A DNA stretch of 37,912 nt from a virus (taxonomy: Duplodnaviria > Caudoviricetes), in IMG/VR virus record IMGVR_UViG_3300044568_002739, positions 1 through 37,912 of that record, one strand, 5' to 3'. Position numbers and translations under genes: made by a program. The notes under the pieces were generated by a model. It ran no database searches. It was not told the origin of the DNA and worked only from the letters and a program-made list of their open reading frames with translations. This document shows positions 9,685-18,632 of this stretch, piece by piece. The stretch's first letter is position 1, and the number at the start of each line of letters is the position of its first letter.

Positions 9685-11412
9685 TTATTTATTTGCAGCT
9701 ATTAACTGAGCTTTAGTTTCTGCCCCAAGTTCAGAAAGGTAGGTGACAGGAACTATTCCCTTGATGGAAATGTTTAACGCTGAAGGCTTACCAGGGACGA
9801 TTCCAACTTCATAGAAGGACCCGTATCTGTCGTTCCATCCACCTCTGATAACAACAAGTTCACCTCTTCCAATGATGATATCACCGAACTCGTCAAATCC
9901 AATATTGGTGTTCAATTCAGAGACGCTAGTGTTTGGAAGAGAATCTATAGTAGCATGGTATGCTTCATTCTCTTGCCCTACGAAATAGAAAGAAACGGAA
10001 TCAACTCCGGGAACAGATTCGATTAGAGCGATCATGTCGGATCTTGGAATTTTATCTCTTCTCTTTAGATTGATAAAGTATGTGGAAACCATCTCCTGAA
10101 TTTTGTCCTTGATAATCTCGGGGTCAAATCCTTCAAAGGTGGTAATGATTGCATTTCCAACATACCTAGAAATTCTAGGTTCTACAATTTTAACAACGGT
10201 GGTTGCGATCATAGATCCAGAATCCTCTATTAGATTTAAGATGGCCAATTTCTGGGCCGAAGTCAACAGGAAGGAAGAAATAGGAATGCTAAAATAGTCC
10301 TCGTTCGAGGTAAGTCCAACGGTTACGTCAGGAACTAGATAGAGATAAACAACATTATCGTCGTCTAAATACTCATCATCGAAGGTAGAGAATGCTTGAA
10401 TCTGAGAAAAGATATTGAATTTCTGAAGGTAGATTTCATAGTTTGCAGCATTAGCAAAGACAAATGCTCTACTAGTTTTTGGTGCTGCTAGCCTGGTAAT
10501 TGCTATCGGTTCTTCGTCTGCTCCAAAAGAAGGATCAACTGTGTTTACTATCTGGAGATAGTCGTTCAGGTTGACCGCCTTTCCGAATAGATCTGTTCCT
10601 TGATCTAAAAATTTATAAGTAATTTTAGAGGTGGCGGTTGATCTCAAATTGCCAAGAGACCCAGAGGTCTGAAGATATTCAACCTTGATAAATGATCCAG
10701 GAGGGGGTACTTTTCCGAAGTTTGAATTTCCAAAGTAGATATCTATTCCCTCGTTAATTCCGGACATAACTAAATAGCCCTGCCCCTCTAGAGGGATGTC
10801 ATACAAGGAAGAGTATTGCTTCCATCTGTTATCGTTGATCGAGACTTTAACGTTGAATTGGTCCAGGAAAACTCCTCCCTTCACGGGAACATTAAAACTC
10901 TGAAGTGCATTCCCGGTTCCGGTAAATGTAGTTGTACTGAAAGCCCCTTGGATGGTCTTAAATTTGAAGGCAGTTCCTCTGGTCAGAGAAACCTTAACTC
11001 TGGGACCGTTGATCATTAGAGTGTATGCAAGACCATTCTGTTCACACTGAATTCTAGTGTTCTCCTGGATAATAACCGCTCCTCCTCCAACGTCTGTCGA
11101 CTTGAGGTTCCAAGACACCGCAACTTCTCCTTGTGCTGCCATTGCTCTTGCTGGATCATATCCGGCAATTCTAGCCAAACTCCTAACTGAATAGTCCCTA
11201 GTGGCTTCGTAGATGTTCAGCTCCGTAATTGAATCCTCAATAAAATAAAGGATCAACTGGGAGAGATTCTCCAACACAAATAGGATCTGTCCCCAAGCAG
11301 AAGCTGTAGTGAAAACGTTTCTGCTCTGGTTGTAGGTCTTCTGCAAGAAGTTGTAGGTCGTGTTGAGTAGACCCCTAATTAAGATATTATTTTTCTGGAA
11401 AATATTATTCAT
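9685..11412 (-). CDS. gp6: Baseplate wedge protein, T4 gp6/Baseplate J-like (575 aa)
   Basis: SAWGQILFVLENLSQLILYF...ELNIYEATRDYSVRSLARIAGYDP, IYFGNSNFGKVP..GSFIKVEYLQTSGSLGN and GADEEPI..TR..AP are gp6/gpJ hallmarks. It follows a gp25-like gene. Confidence 0.85.
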   Translation of the reverse strand: MNNIFQKNNILIRGLLNTTYNFLQKTYNQSRNVFTTASAWGQILFVLENLSQLILYFIEDSITELNIYEATRDYSVRSLARIAGYDPARAMAAQGEVAVSWNLKSTDVGGGAVIIQENTRIQCEQNGLAYTLMINGPRVKVSLTRGTAFKFKTIQGAFSTTTFTGTGNALQSFNVPVKGGVFLDQFNVKVSINDNRWKQYSSLYDIPLEGQGYLVMSGINEGIDIYFGNSNFGKVPPPGSFIKVEYLQTSGSLGNLRSTATSKITYKFLDQGTDLFGKAVNLNDYLQIVNTVDPSFGADEEPIAITRLAAPKTSRAFVFANAANYEIYLQKFNIFSQIQAFSTFDDEYLDDDNVVYLYLVPDVTVGLTSNEDYFSIPISSFLLTSAQKLAILNLIEDSGSMIATTVVKIVEPRISRYVGNAIITTFEGFDPEIIKDKIQEMVSTYFINLKRRDKIPRSDMIALIESVPGVDSVSFYFVGQENEAYHATIDSLPNTSVSELNTNIGFDEFGDIIIGRGELVVIRGGWNDRYGSFYEVGIVPGKPSALNISIKGIVPVTYLSELGAETKAQLIAANK

Positions 11413-11421
11413 TCCTGTGGA

Positions 11422-11793
11422 TTATGTTACTTGTAGTGATATTGCTGGACTCAGATTCGAATATCCCGGGATAAAAAAGTATAGATTTGCTATATCTCTC
11501 AGTGTTCCCTGGTAGAATTCAAGTTTGAAATATCCACCCAATTGATAAAAAAGTGTACAATACGTGTTAATCTGAAAATCAATCTCCCTTCGGATTGAGC
11601 TCTCGGACAGTTCTAGATTAAAGACTAGCTCATCCAGACTAATCCCAAAGTTAGGATCACCAAGGACTTCCCCTTTATTGGTTAAAAGAAGCATTTTTAT
11701 CTGTCCAATACAGATCTCAATTGGATCCGTAGTTTCGATAATGCCCTTTTTATAACCAAAATCTCCTGGATCTCTGTTGTAAATTTCTATCAT
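11422..11793 (-). CDS. gp25: Baseplate wedge/sheath initiator, T4 gp25/GPW-like (123 aa)
   Basis: QIKMLLLTNKGEVLGDPNFGISLDELVF matches the gp25 T.KGE...P.FG..L...F motif. Confidence 0.85.
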   Translation of the reverse strand: MIEIYNRDPGDFGYKKGIIETTDPIEICIGQIKMLLLTNKGEVLGDPNFGISLDELVFNLELSESSIRREIDFQINTYCTLFYQLGGYFKLEFYQGTLRDIANLYFFIPGYSNLSPAISLQVT

Positions 11794-11814
11794 TGGGAAC
11801 TATTAATTCCCAAT
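11792..11814 (-). promoter_or_regulatory. RNA hairpin sequestering the gp25-like start codon
   Basis: Perfect 8-bp inverted repeat: mRNA AUUGGGAA-UUAAUAG-UUCCCAAU(G). The AU of the AUG at 11793 lies in the 3' arm. Confidence 0.6.
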
Positions 11815-11821
11815 ATATATC
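11814..11821 (-). promoter_or_regulatory. Putative late promoter GATATATA upstream of the gp25-like gene
   Basis: The same octamer recurs in 5 intergenic gaps, 19-30 nt upstream of start codons; analogous to T4 late TATAAATA. Confidence 0.65.
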
Positions 11822-11852
11822 CAATCTAAAAAGGCTGGGAAAATAAAAAAAA

Positions 11853-12626
11853 TTAGTTCCACTGAAGGAAGTAAGACGGGGTGTTTTCGCCGTTAATCAT
11901 ATCCATGACTTCTTGCATTTCAACGTCTCCCATGGCTTTTAGATCGCCGGAATTAACCTGGACCCCACCTGGAAGATTATAGTTGAACGCACTGATTACT
12001 CTTGCCAGCTGTTGTTTAGCTTTTGCTCTACAATATCTAGAGAATAGCTCGTCGTCGAACAGTTCATAATCTTCTATTGCAACGAAGCAGCTAACTGCTA
12101 CAGATCTAACATAGTTGTTCGGACCCGTTCCAACATTATTAGGGGATCCCGCAGGATTTCTACCTAGGATGGTCAATTTTTTAGTGTTCTTGTTCCATCT
12201 AAAAGCAAAAGTTTCTAGAAGGTATGCTTTCGCAAGATCAAAATAAGAATACATAACAGTTCTGTAAACCAGGTTATCCCCCATGAAAGGAGAAAGAAGA
12301 AGTTCAGAACCAAGAAGCTTAGAGCTACCAAAGTCTCTATCTGGATTTCCAGAAACTCCAGGATTATTTGCTTCTCTAACGTCGAATACGGTGACAATCT
12401 TCTCTGGGAGCTGGATTTGTCTGGTTTTTAGAAATTCCGGGGTAGCAAATAGAGTAGAACCCAGAACAAAGAATCTCTGCTCTACAGCATACTGATAGTT
12501 GTCGTACATCCAGGCTTTTGCCCTGTTGATAATCCTAATGATCTCCTGATCGTTAAGGTTATATGGAAGTGAGCAAGACGCCGATAGGTCGTCTTTAATT
12601 TCTTGGATTAGTTCGGCTTCTGTCAT
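11853..12626 (-). CDS. Neck/head-completion protein, T4 gp13-like (257 aa)
   Basis: The N-terminal helix IQEIKDDL, QIQLPEKIVTVFDV, FRWNKNTKKL and the C-terminal YCRAKAKQQLARVISAFNYNLPGGVQVN resemble gp13-type adaptors. Confidence 0.7.
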   Translation of the reverse strand: MTEAELIQEIKDDLSASCSLPYNLNDQEIIRIINRAKAWMYDNYQYAVEQRFFVLGSTLFATPEFLKTRQIQLPEKIVTVFDVREANNPGVSGNPDRDFGSSKLLGSELLLSPFMGDNLVYRTVMYSYFDLAKAYLLETFAFRWNKNTKKLTILGRNPAGSPNNVGTGPNNYVRSVAVSCFVAIEDYELFDDELFSRYCRAKAKQQLARVISAFNYNLPGGVQVNSGDLKAMGDVEMQEVMDMINGENTPSYFLQWN

Positions 12627-12628
12627 GG

Positions 12629-14050
12629 TTAATATAGTTTTTTATATTTCCAGTTTTGGTCTCTAAATTTCTGAGGCTGGAAGTGCACATTGACGTCCTT
12701 TAGTCTCGAGTCGGAGATAAATCTCTGGGCTCTGATATCTTCAAAGTCTTTCACCTTCTCTGTCTCTTCACTGACTTTAGCATTTCTTCCGATATCTGCC
12801 TTTCTAATAACTCCGCCTGTGATGTCGCAGTCGACAATCTTCTCTGCACAGTCTATATAGCAGTCTTCTAAGTGATTAGAATATTCCGCAGATGTATTTT
12901 TAACCTTGGAATTGGAAATGGTATTTCCAGTGAGAAGCTGCGAATCTTCAACCTGACAGTTTTTAGCTTTACAGGAGTAGAGATTGCAATTTAGAACTCT
13001 AGATCCCTTAATGTCGCAGTCTAGCAGGTCCAGATCAGTAACAGCAGCAGCATCTCTGATTCTGGAATTCTTCAGTTGAAATCTTCCGGTAGATGTATCA
13101 TAGTTAAAGAACCCGTGTCTAACCCCACCGTCAACGATTAGATCAAAAACTTTGTCTCTAATCATAGGAAAGTAAGACTTGATATTTTCTTCAAATCCCT
13201 TAAGATCTACCAGCAGATGTAAATCTGGGTAGTGCATAAAGAAGGCTCTAGGATCAGAGAAACTCTTCACGACCTTAGAATATTCCCTCATCATCTGCTT
13301 CAGAGAATCAAGGTCTTTCTGGGTATAACTAGCTCTTCCGCTAAGAATATTATAGAGATGGATAATCACATAGTCGATAATTTCTCTAATCTGAGTTATC
13401 TTCTTTTGGTAATCTCTTCCCCCCAAATATCGAATCTCGATGTAGCCGTCTTTTAATTTAGTAAAGTTGGCTCCGTAGTACTTATCGTCCGGCAATTTAA
13501 AAATTTTAGGATCAATAGTGGATAAATTCTCTATCGAGGTAAATCTGTTTCTCGGAGTAACCTTTTTGATAGATTTTGCATAGACGTTGTTTGTTCTATT
13601 TCCAAATTTGGAATAGATCATTCCTTCATCTAGTCCCAGAATGAACTGGAGCCTATCTAGATTTTCCATCCTCGTAACAACATCTTTCCTCATCTTGTCG
13701 AAGCTGATAGAAAACTGGAAAGCACACTTGTCGTTAGTCCAGCCATTTTCGTCTATCCACCTAAGAACTTTGATCAGAACAGGAATTGCTTCCGCATAGG
13801 GCATTGGTCCAGTTATAAGTTCATTCATTTTACTTCCGCCTGAATAATCTGGCTCGAGTTTGAACGTGTCTTGGTTAACGGGAATTTTAGAGTGGTATTT
13901 AGAAGATAGGATTACCTTCTTTCCTAAAAGCTTAGATAAGGACTCCACGATTCTGCCACGGACCATGTTGGAAAAGAATTCGAATTCAAATCCAATGACC
14001 GATGCATTTAGAGCATGGAGCTTATCGAAGTGATTTAGGTCGTTAGACAT
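12629..14050 (-). CDS. Putative amidoligase (COOH-NH2 ligase, Amidoligase_2-like) with C-terminal beta-helix-like repeats (473 aa)
   Basis: Motifs IGFEFEF, LEPDYS, ELITGP, TNDKCA, KYYGANF, YIEIRYLGG. The C-terminus has 5-6-residue periodicity (DCDIKGSRVLNCNLYSCKAKNCQVEDSQ). Confidence 0.75.
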   Translation of the reverse strand: MSNDLNHFDKLHALNASVIGFEFEFFSNMVRGRIVESLSKLLGKKVILSSKYHSKIPVNQDTFKLEPDYSGGSKMNELITGPMPYAEAIPVLIKVLRWIDENGWTNDKCAFQFSISFDKMRKDVVTRMENLDRLQFILGLDEGMIYSKFGNRTNNVYAKSIKKVTPRNRFTSIENLSTIDPKIFKLPDDKYYGANFTKLKDGYIEIRYLGGRDYQKKITQIREIIDYVIIHLYNILSGRASYTQKDLDSLKQMMREYSKVVKSFSDPRAFFMHYPDLHLLVDLKGFEENIKSYFPMIRDKVFDLIVDGGVRHGFFNYDTSTGRFQLKNSRIRDAAAVTDLDLLDCDIKGSRVLNCNLYSCKAKNCQVEDSQLLTGNTISNSKVKNTSAEYSNHLEDCYIDCAEKIVDCDITGGVIRKADIGRNAKVSEETEKVKDFEDIRAQRFISDSRLKDVNVHFQPQKFRDQNWKYKKLY

Positions 14051-15212
14051 TTACAGGTTTAGCAAATATTTTTCCCATTACTGGGTCTACTTCATAGATC
14101 AGAATGCCAATTCTGTCTCCAGGTTTAGCATTTTTAAGATCATCAGTTACTTTTTCTTGCGGAATCATCGCCATCATTCCTGTTTCAGGAACTTCAACTA
14201 GACATCCATTTTTTCTCTTGTATTTAATAATCGCAGCCATAGCTTCGATAGATCCGTTGTCGATTGCCTCTTTGATCTCGTAGATCTTAACTGTCTTCTC
14301 AACAGGGGCTCCAAAAGTCAGAGTCAACTTGTTGTCTTCCTTAACTTCTTTCACGTAGAATTCAATCTCGTCTCCAGGATTAAACCCTTGAACAATTTGA
14401 TTTTCAAATTCTGTCTTGTGAATTAGACCGGTGTAGATGTCTTCCCATTCAACGAACAATCCAAACGAAGAAGATCCAGTAACAGAACCCTTGTATTTCT
14501 TAGTAAGGTCTAGCTCTTGAATTTTAGAATTCATGATGTGATTTAAATACTTCTTGTAGGAAACTACGAAGATATCTTTAACCTGGACATAGCCGTCAAT
14601 CATCACATAGAGGGTTTTTCCCAGGTAAGATTCAAAGTCTGCAATTTTATTTGCTGCTGCGAGGGAACCCGGCATGAAGCACTTAACTCCGGAGATGTCT
14701 ACCAGGAATCCACCTTTATTAACGGATTCGATCTTAGCAGGATATGCAACAGAGCACTTCTTAATCTGGTCAAAGAATTCTGCCTTCAAACTATGAACAT
14801 AACACTCAACAACAGAACCATGATAAGTTCCGTTGATGTCCCTAACAATAGCTTCAATTTCGCTGGAAACTGAGAAGTCAAGACCTTGGATGTTTAATCT
14901 AATTGCATCCTTCCTCTCTTTCTTTAGATCAATAAAGATGGTCTGACCGGTCTCTGTGTGTCCAAGAGCACTGGATTCATTAACACTTGTAATTCTACAT
15001 TTGTAGATTTCCCCGTCTGCTAGATCTTTAGACGAGCTAAAGTTAGTTGGATTAGTTCCACGGTAAAGAGCATACAAGGCAGAAGCATATCCCTCGTGGG
15101 AATAAATTTTAGTGTGCCCGGGGGTTTCGATCTTTCTGTTTACGGTCAGTCCACTGGGAATGTCCCAGTTAAAGGTTTCTTTTTCTTCTTTTTCTAAAGA
15201 GATTTTTTCCAT
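14043..15212 (-). CDS. rpsA: Phage-encoded ribosomal protein bS1-like protein, about four S1 domains (389 aa)
   Basis: S1 repeats: AKIESVNKGGFLVDISGVKCFMPGS; YKGSVTGSSSFGLFVE...TGLIHKTE...FNPGDEIEFYVKEV; degenerate first and fourth repeats. The N-terminal FNWD motif resembles Bacteroidota bS1. Confidence 0.85.
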   Translation of the reverse strand: MEKISLEKEEKETFNWDIPSGLTVNRKIETPGHTKIYSHEGYASALYALYRGTNPTNFSSSKDLADGEIYKCRITSVNESSALGHTETGQTIFIDLKKERKDAIRLNIQGLDFSVSSEIEAIVRDINGTYHGSVVECYVHSLKAEFFDQIKKCSVAYPAKIESVNKGGFLVDISGVKCFMPGSLAAANKIADFESYLGKTLYVMIDGYVQVKDIFVVSYKKYLNHIMNSKIQELDLTKKYKGSVTGSSSFGLFVEWEDIYTGLIHKTEFENQIVQGFNPGDEIEFYVKEVKEDNKLTLTFGAPVEKTVKIYEIKEAIDNGSIEAMAAIIKYKRKNGCLVEVPETGMMAMIPQEKVTDDLKNAKPGDRIGILIYEVDPVMGKIFAKPVNV

Positions 15213-15242
15213 TATATTTATTGTTTAAAAGGTGAATTCTTG

Positions 15243-15250
15243 TATATATC
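15243..15250 (-). promoter_or_regulatory. Putative late promoter GATATATA upstream of the S1-like gene
   Basis: Recurrent intergenic octamer, 30 nt before the ATG at 15212. Confidence 0.65.
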
Positions 15251-15252
15251 TT

Positions 15253-17952
15253 TTACAGTACGATTTGTGCTTTCAAAAGTGCAACCGCTATTTCTATTTG
15301 TCCCTTGATGTCTTGTAGATATCTGAGCCCGGTGACTCCTTCCTCTATAGGAGCGCCAGTTTGTTGGGAGATTCTATATTTATTAAAATCGGTAAGAGAA
15401 ACGGTTTCCTTTGTCCCGTCGAAGAATTCAACGGTAACGGTCTTCTGGGAAATGTTGGTGGTAGCTGCGGAAAAATTAACCAGTAGTTCCCCCTGGTTGT
15501 TTGTTGAGGTTGATTCTAACTTAGCAAGAGCAAGAAGAACTTTAATTCTTTTTCCTAGCTCAACAGTTGAAATTGGTCCAATTACTATATTTCCCTTGTA
15601 TTTTTCATCTGTAACTAATGCAGGGAAGACTGTTTTTAAAGATGTGTTGTCCGATGTTCTCTTAAAGATCTGATCTATTCCATTTACTGCAGTCAAAGAG
15701 TCCAGTGAATCCAGTACTGAAGCTGATGAATTTGGATCGAAGATTCCGTCGAGTGGGGTTCCGTCGGGATTAACGAGATTGTCCAGAATCGGAGCAAGAG
15801 GGTTGCTGAAATCGGGAAGACTGAATAAGGACTCAAAAACAGCTCCTATGAGAGAAGGAATAGTTGTAACAAATCCAAGGACTATTCCTAGAATTCCTTT
15901 AACGCTCTCCCAAATTGCTATAATTTTGATCGGGAGATAATTGTCTATAAGACACTGGAGAAAAGGGTCAGACGACGCAAACTGAAAATTTGCAAGATTT
16001 GCTCCGGTGGAAAGAACCGCTCTATTTGTACCATTGACTGGAGAAGAGGCACTGCTAATCTGATCCGCTATTCCGGTTGGTGAATCTTGTCCTGGCCCAT
16101 ACACAAGAGAGACCTGATAGTCAAAATAAGAGAGATTACCAGTCGGTGATATTCTTTGGTTTACAGCATAGACCCAGGTATCACCATCTTTAGGGATAGA
16201 GATCTCAGATCCAGGAAGAAGCTCAACTAAATTCGTGAGGGTAGAATTGACATTTGCATCCAACGAACTTATCTTGATAACGTTGACCTTATTTAGATCT
16301 AGATTGTTTAATGAAACCTCACCTTCCTGTGGAGGGGTTCCGTCATATTTGACGGCATAGCTGTAGTTGGTAAATTGAATAGAAGCATCAGATCCGGTTG
16401 CACCGGGTGTAGGAGACGTCTGAGTTATTGTTCCATTTCCGGTTCCATTGATTCCTTTGCACTTGAATCTTCCGATCACAAGATCGCTGACCAAAGGACG
16501 AAGTCCCTTTCCCGTAGGGTTCCCGTTTATTCTTTCGTTTGTGGCATCCTCCCAAGAAATCCCTGCGGCGGTCAAAGTTGGTTCTAAGTAGGGACGGATC
16601 GTAGAAAGGACGGACTCCGCTATTAAATCACCCAGAGCCCCAATTGGATCAGTCAAGAATTTTGCGATCAGACTAAATATGCTCAGAGGATTTTCTAGAA
16701 CTGCGCTGAAGAGTGCGGAGATCGTTCCAACGACAATCTGAAGGGGGAGAAGGAGAAGTTTTAAATAATTCCCGATAAGCTTAAAAAAATCTCCAGGGCT
16801 GGTAAATAGGATCTGAACGAATTTTGCTAGTGAGAGTAGCTCCTCTCTGGCCTTTAGCTTCTCCGACTTTGGTTGGTTTGGATCCGCAGGGTAATCTAGC
16901 TTTGGATATTTCCCTTTGAATATCTTGTCCAAGACATCGGTCTGGAAATTCCATCCGCTTTTGTCCTCCAGATCTTTTATCTTTTTGGCAAGGGCGCTGT
17001 CCTTGGGGAGAGCGTTAAAGTCACCAATCTCTAGAGAGATTAGATTCAATGGGAATCCAATTGCAGGTAAACCCACTATAGGAAGAAGATCCGATAGGGT
17101 GATGGTGATTGGGAATTTCATCTTCCCACTTCCGTCTGTTAGAAGAGCAAGGAGAGCCTTAGCACCTGCGGTTAGAGGATTTGGTGCGGTCTGAAAATAT
17201 ACGGTCTTCTCTTGAACTGCAAAAATCTCCTGTGCTATAGTTTCGTTCTGTGGAACAACCCCAAACATATAGTAGCCGGGATTGACGACAATTGACTTGA
17301 TGACCAAGGATTGAGAGATCCCATCCTGATCCAGGCTAATTATATCACCCCGAACAAGGGAAGAGAAAGAGGTCCCTGTGGAATTTCCGTTATAATCTTG
17401 GAGGCTAATCGAGAGGGAAGTAGATATTCCTGGATCTGCAGTATTAATCGTATATTCTCCATCTGCAGGAGCTGATCCAATCTTTCCCAATACATAAGGG
17501 AATTTAGGTCTTGTGTCTGTAACAGGAGAAGACCTTTCAGAGTCCGCTCTATCGACCAGATCCTTCAGTCTCCCAAAATCTGCAGAAGATTTACCATTTA
17601 AAATTAGCTTCAGTGGGAGGAAAAAATCAGAAGAAACCTGATTATTGATCGTCTCGTCCAGAAGAGTCTGCAAGGGATTAGTAATAAATCCACTGATATC
17701 TCCAATTCTTCCTGGAATTTCAAGTGGCTTAGACAGCACGTCTTTTATCACTAGGATAGGAACAAGATAGGAGGAAAAGGCCTTTTCTGCTTGTCTAATC
17801 CAGAGCTTGATCAGCAGCCCTGTCCCTGGGAGAGCTGGATCTGGGATAGTAAATTTAGAATCTCCAACTATATTTTTAGCATTCGCGTTGGTTTGATTTA
17901 TAAATTCTGTTATCTTTTCGTCTGTTAGTATCTTATTAGGAAGAACTGCCAT
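15253..17952 (-). CDS. Hypothetical baseplate/spike-associated protein with hydrophobic helices and two copies of a beta domain (899 aa)
   Basis: Directly follows the gp5-like gene. Apolar helical segments alternate with two similar domains (PADGEYTIN.../PQEGEVSLN...). Confidence 0.55.
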   Translation of the reverse strand: MAVLPNKILTDEKITEFINQTNANAKNIVGDSKFTIPDPALPGTGLLIKLWIRQAEKAFSSYLVPILVIKDVLSKPLEIPGRIGDISGFITNPLQTLLDETINNQVSSDFFLPLKLILNGKSSADFGRLKDLVDRADSERSSPVTDTRPKFPYVLGKIGSAPADGEYTINTADPGISTSLSISLQDYNGNSTGTSFSSLVRGDIISLDQDGISQSLVIKSIVVNPGYYMFGVVPQNETIAQEIFAVQEKTVYFQTAPNPLTAGAKALLALLTDGSGKMKFPITITLSDLLPIVGLPAIGFPLNLISLEIGDFNALPKDSALAKKIKDLEDKSGWNFQTDVLDKIFKGKYPKLDYPADPNQPKSEKLKAREELLSLAKFVQILFTSPGDFFKLIGNYLKLLLLPLQIVVGTISALFSAVLENPLSIFSLIAKFLTDPIGALGDLIAESVLSTIRPYLEPTLTAAGISWEDATNERINGNPTGKGLRPLVSDLVIGRFKCKGINGTGNGTITQTSPTPGATGSDASIQFTNYSYAVKYDGTPPQEGEVSLNNLDLNKVNVIKISSLDANVNSTLTNLVELLPGSEISIPKDGDTWVYAVNQRISPTGNLSYFDYQVSLVYGPGQDSPTGIADQISSASSPVNGTNRAVLSTGANLANFQFASSDPFLQCLIDNYLPIKIIAIWESVKGILGIVLGFVTTIPSLIGAVFESLFSLPDFSNPLAPILDNLVNPDGTPLDGIFDPNSSASVLDSLDSLTAVNGIDQIFKRTSDNTSLKTVFPALVTDEKYKGNIVIGPISTVELGKRIKVLLALAKLESTSTNNQGELLVNFSAATTNISQKTVTVEFFDGTKETVSLTDFNKYRISQQTGAPIEEGVTGLRYLQDIKGQIEIAVALLKAQIVL

Positions 17953-17958
17953 GTTGGA

Positions 17959-18630
17959 TTATCGGGTTTTACTAACCGTCGATAGATGATTAGGGGTTGA
18001 TGGTATGATTGGTGGGCTGGTGGCTGCACCTAAATTTCCAATATGGGTGTGAGAGTTGAAGTAGTTTTGGAAGGTGTTTCCCTTGATAACTGCTTCGACC
18101 GCATTTTCTCCCAGCTCTATATTATTTGAATTGATTATAACTTTATTGTCCTCCATCCGGATCTGATCCCTTCCCATCTGGATTACAACTCTCAGCTGAC
18201 CTCCGTCCTGGGTGTCGAGTTGAACAGTAGCATCTCCTAGCCCAAGAATTAGTCCCTTTTTTCTGGTGTAGATAAGTTTAAGAAGACCCGGCTGGGCTTC
18301 TGTGTCGTACATTAGAGATTGGGCTCCTTCATAGGAGTCTGAAATTTCAGCCAACAAATCAGGAGAAGTCTCCTTTTCAAATTCATAGAAGACTTTGTAG
18401 TAGTTAGGACCATCGAACTGAACGTTAACAACGGCTCCAACTCTCGGAACGCTGATGTTTCCATTCCCACGAGAGGATGAAAAAGAAAGACCCGAAATCT
18501 GTTCGGCCCAGGGGATATCTTCGATTTCAAGATCTTCAAAAAAACCAAAGACTCTAACTCTCGCTCTTCCCTGTTTTAAAGGGTCGTTAATATCTACTAT
18601 TTCTCCAAGGTGAATGTGAGGGTTGCTCAT
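17959..18630 (-). CDS. Baseplate central spike, gp5/gpV-like OB-fold with HxH apex (223 aa)
   Basis: GEIVDINDPLKQGRARVRVFG...IPWA...VPRVGAVVNVQF is the gp5/VgrG OB-fold; the C-terminus reads FNSHTHIGNLGAATSPP. Confidence 0.85.
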   Translation of the reverse strand: MSNPHIHLGEIVDINDPLKQGRARVRVFGFFEDLEIEDIPWAEQISGLSFSSSRGNGNISVPRVGAVVNVQFDGPNYYKVFYEFEKETSPDLLAEISDSYEGAQSLMYDTEAQPGLLKLIYTRKKGLILGLGDATVQLDTQDGGQLRVVIQMGRDQIRMEDNKVIINSNNIELGENAVEAVIKGNTFQNYFNSHTHIGNLGAATSPPIIPSTPNHLSTVSKTR

Positions 18631-18632
18631 AA

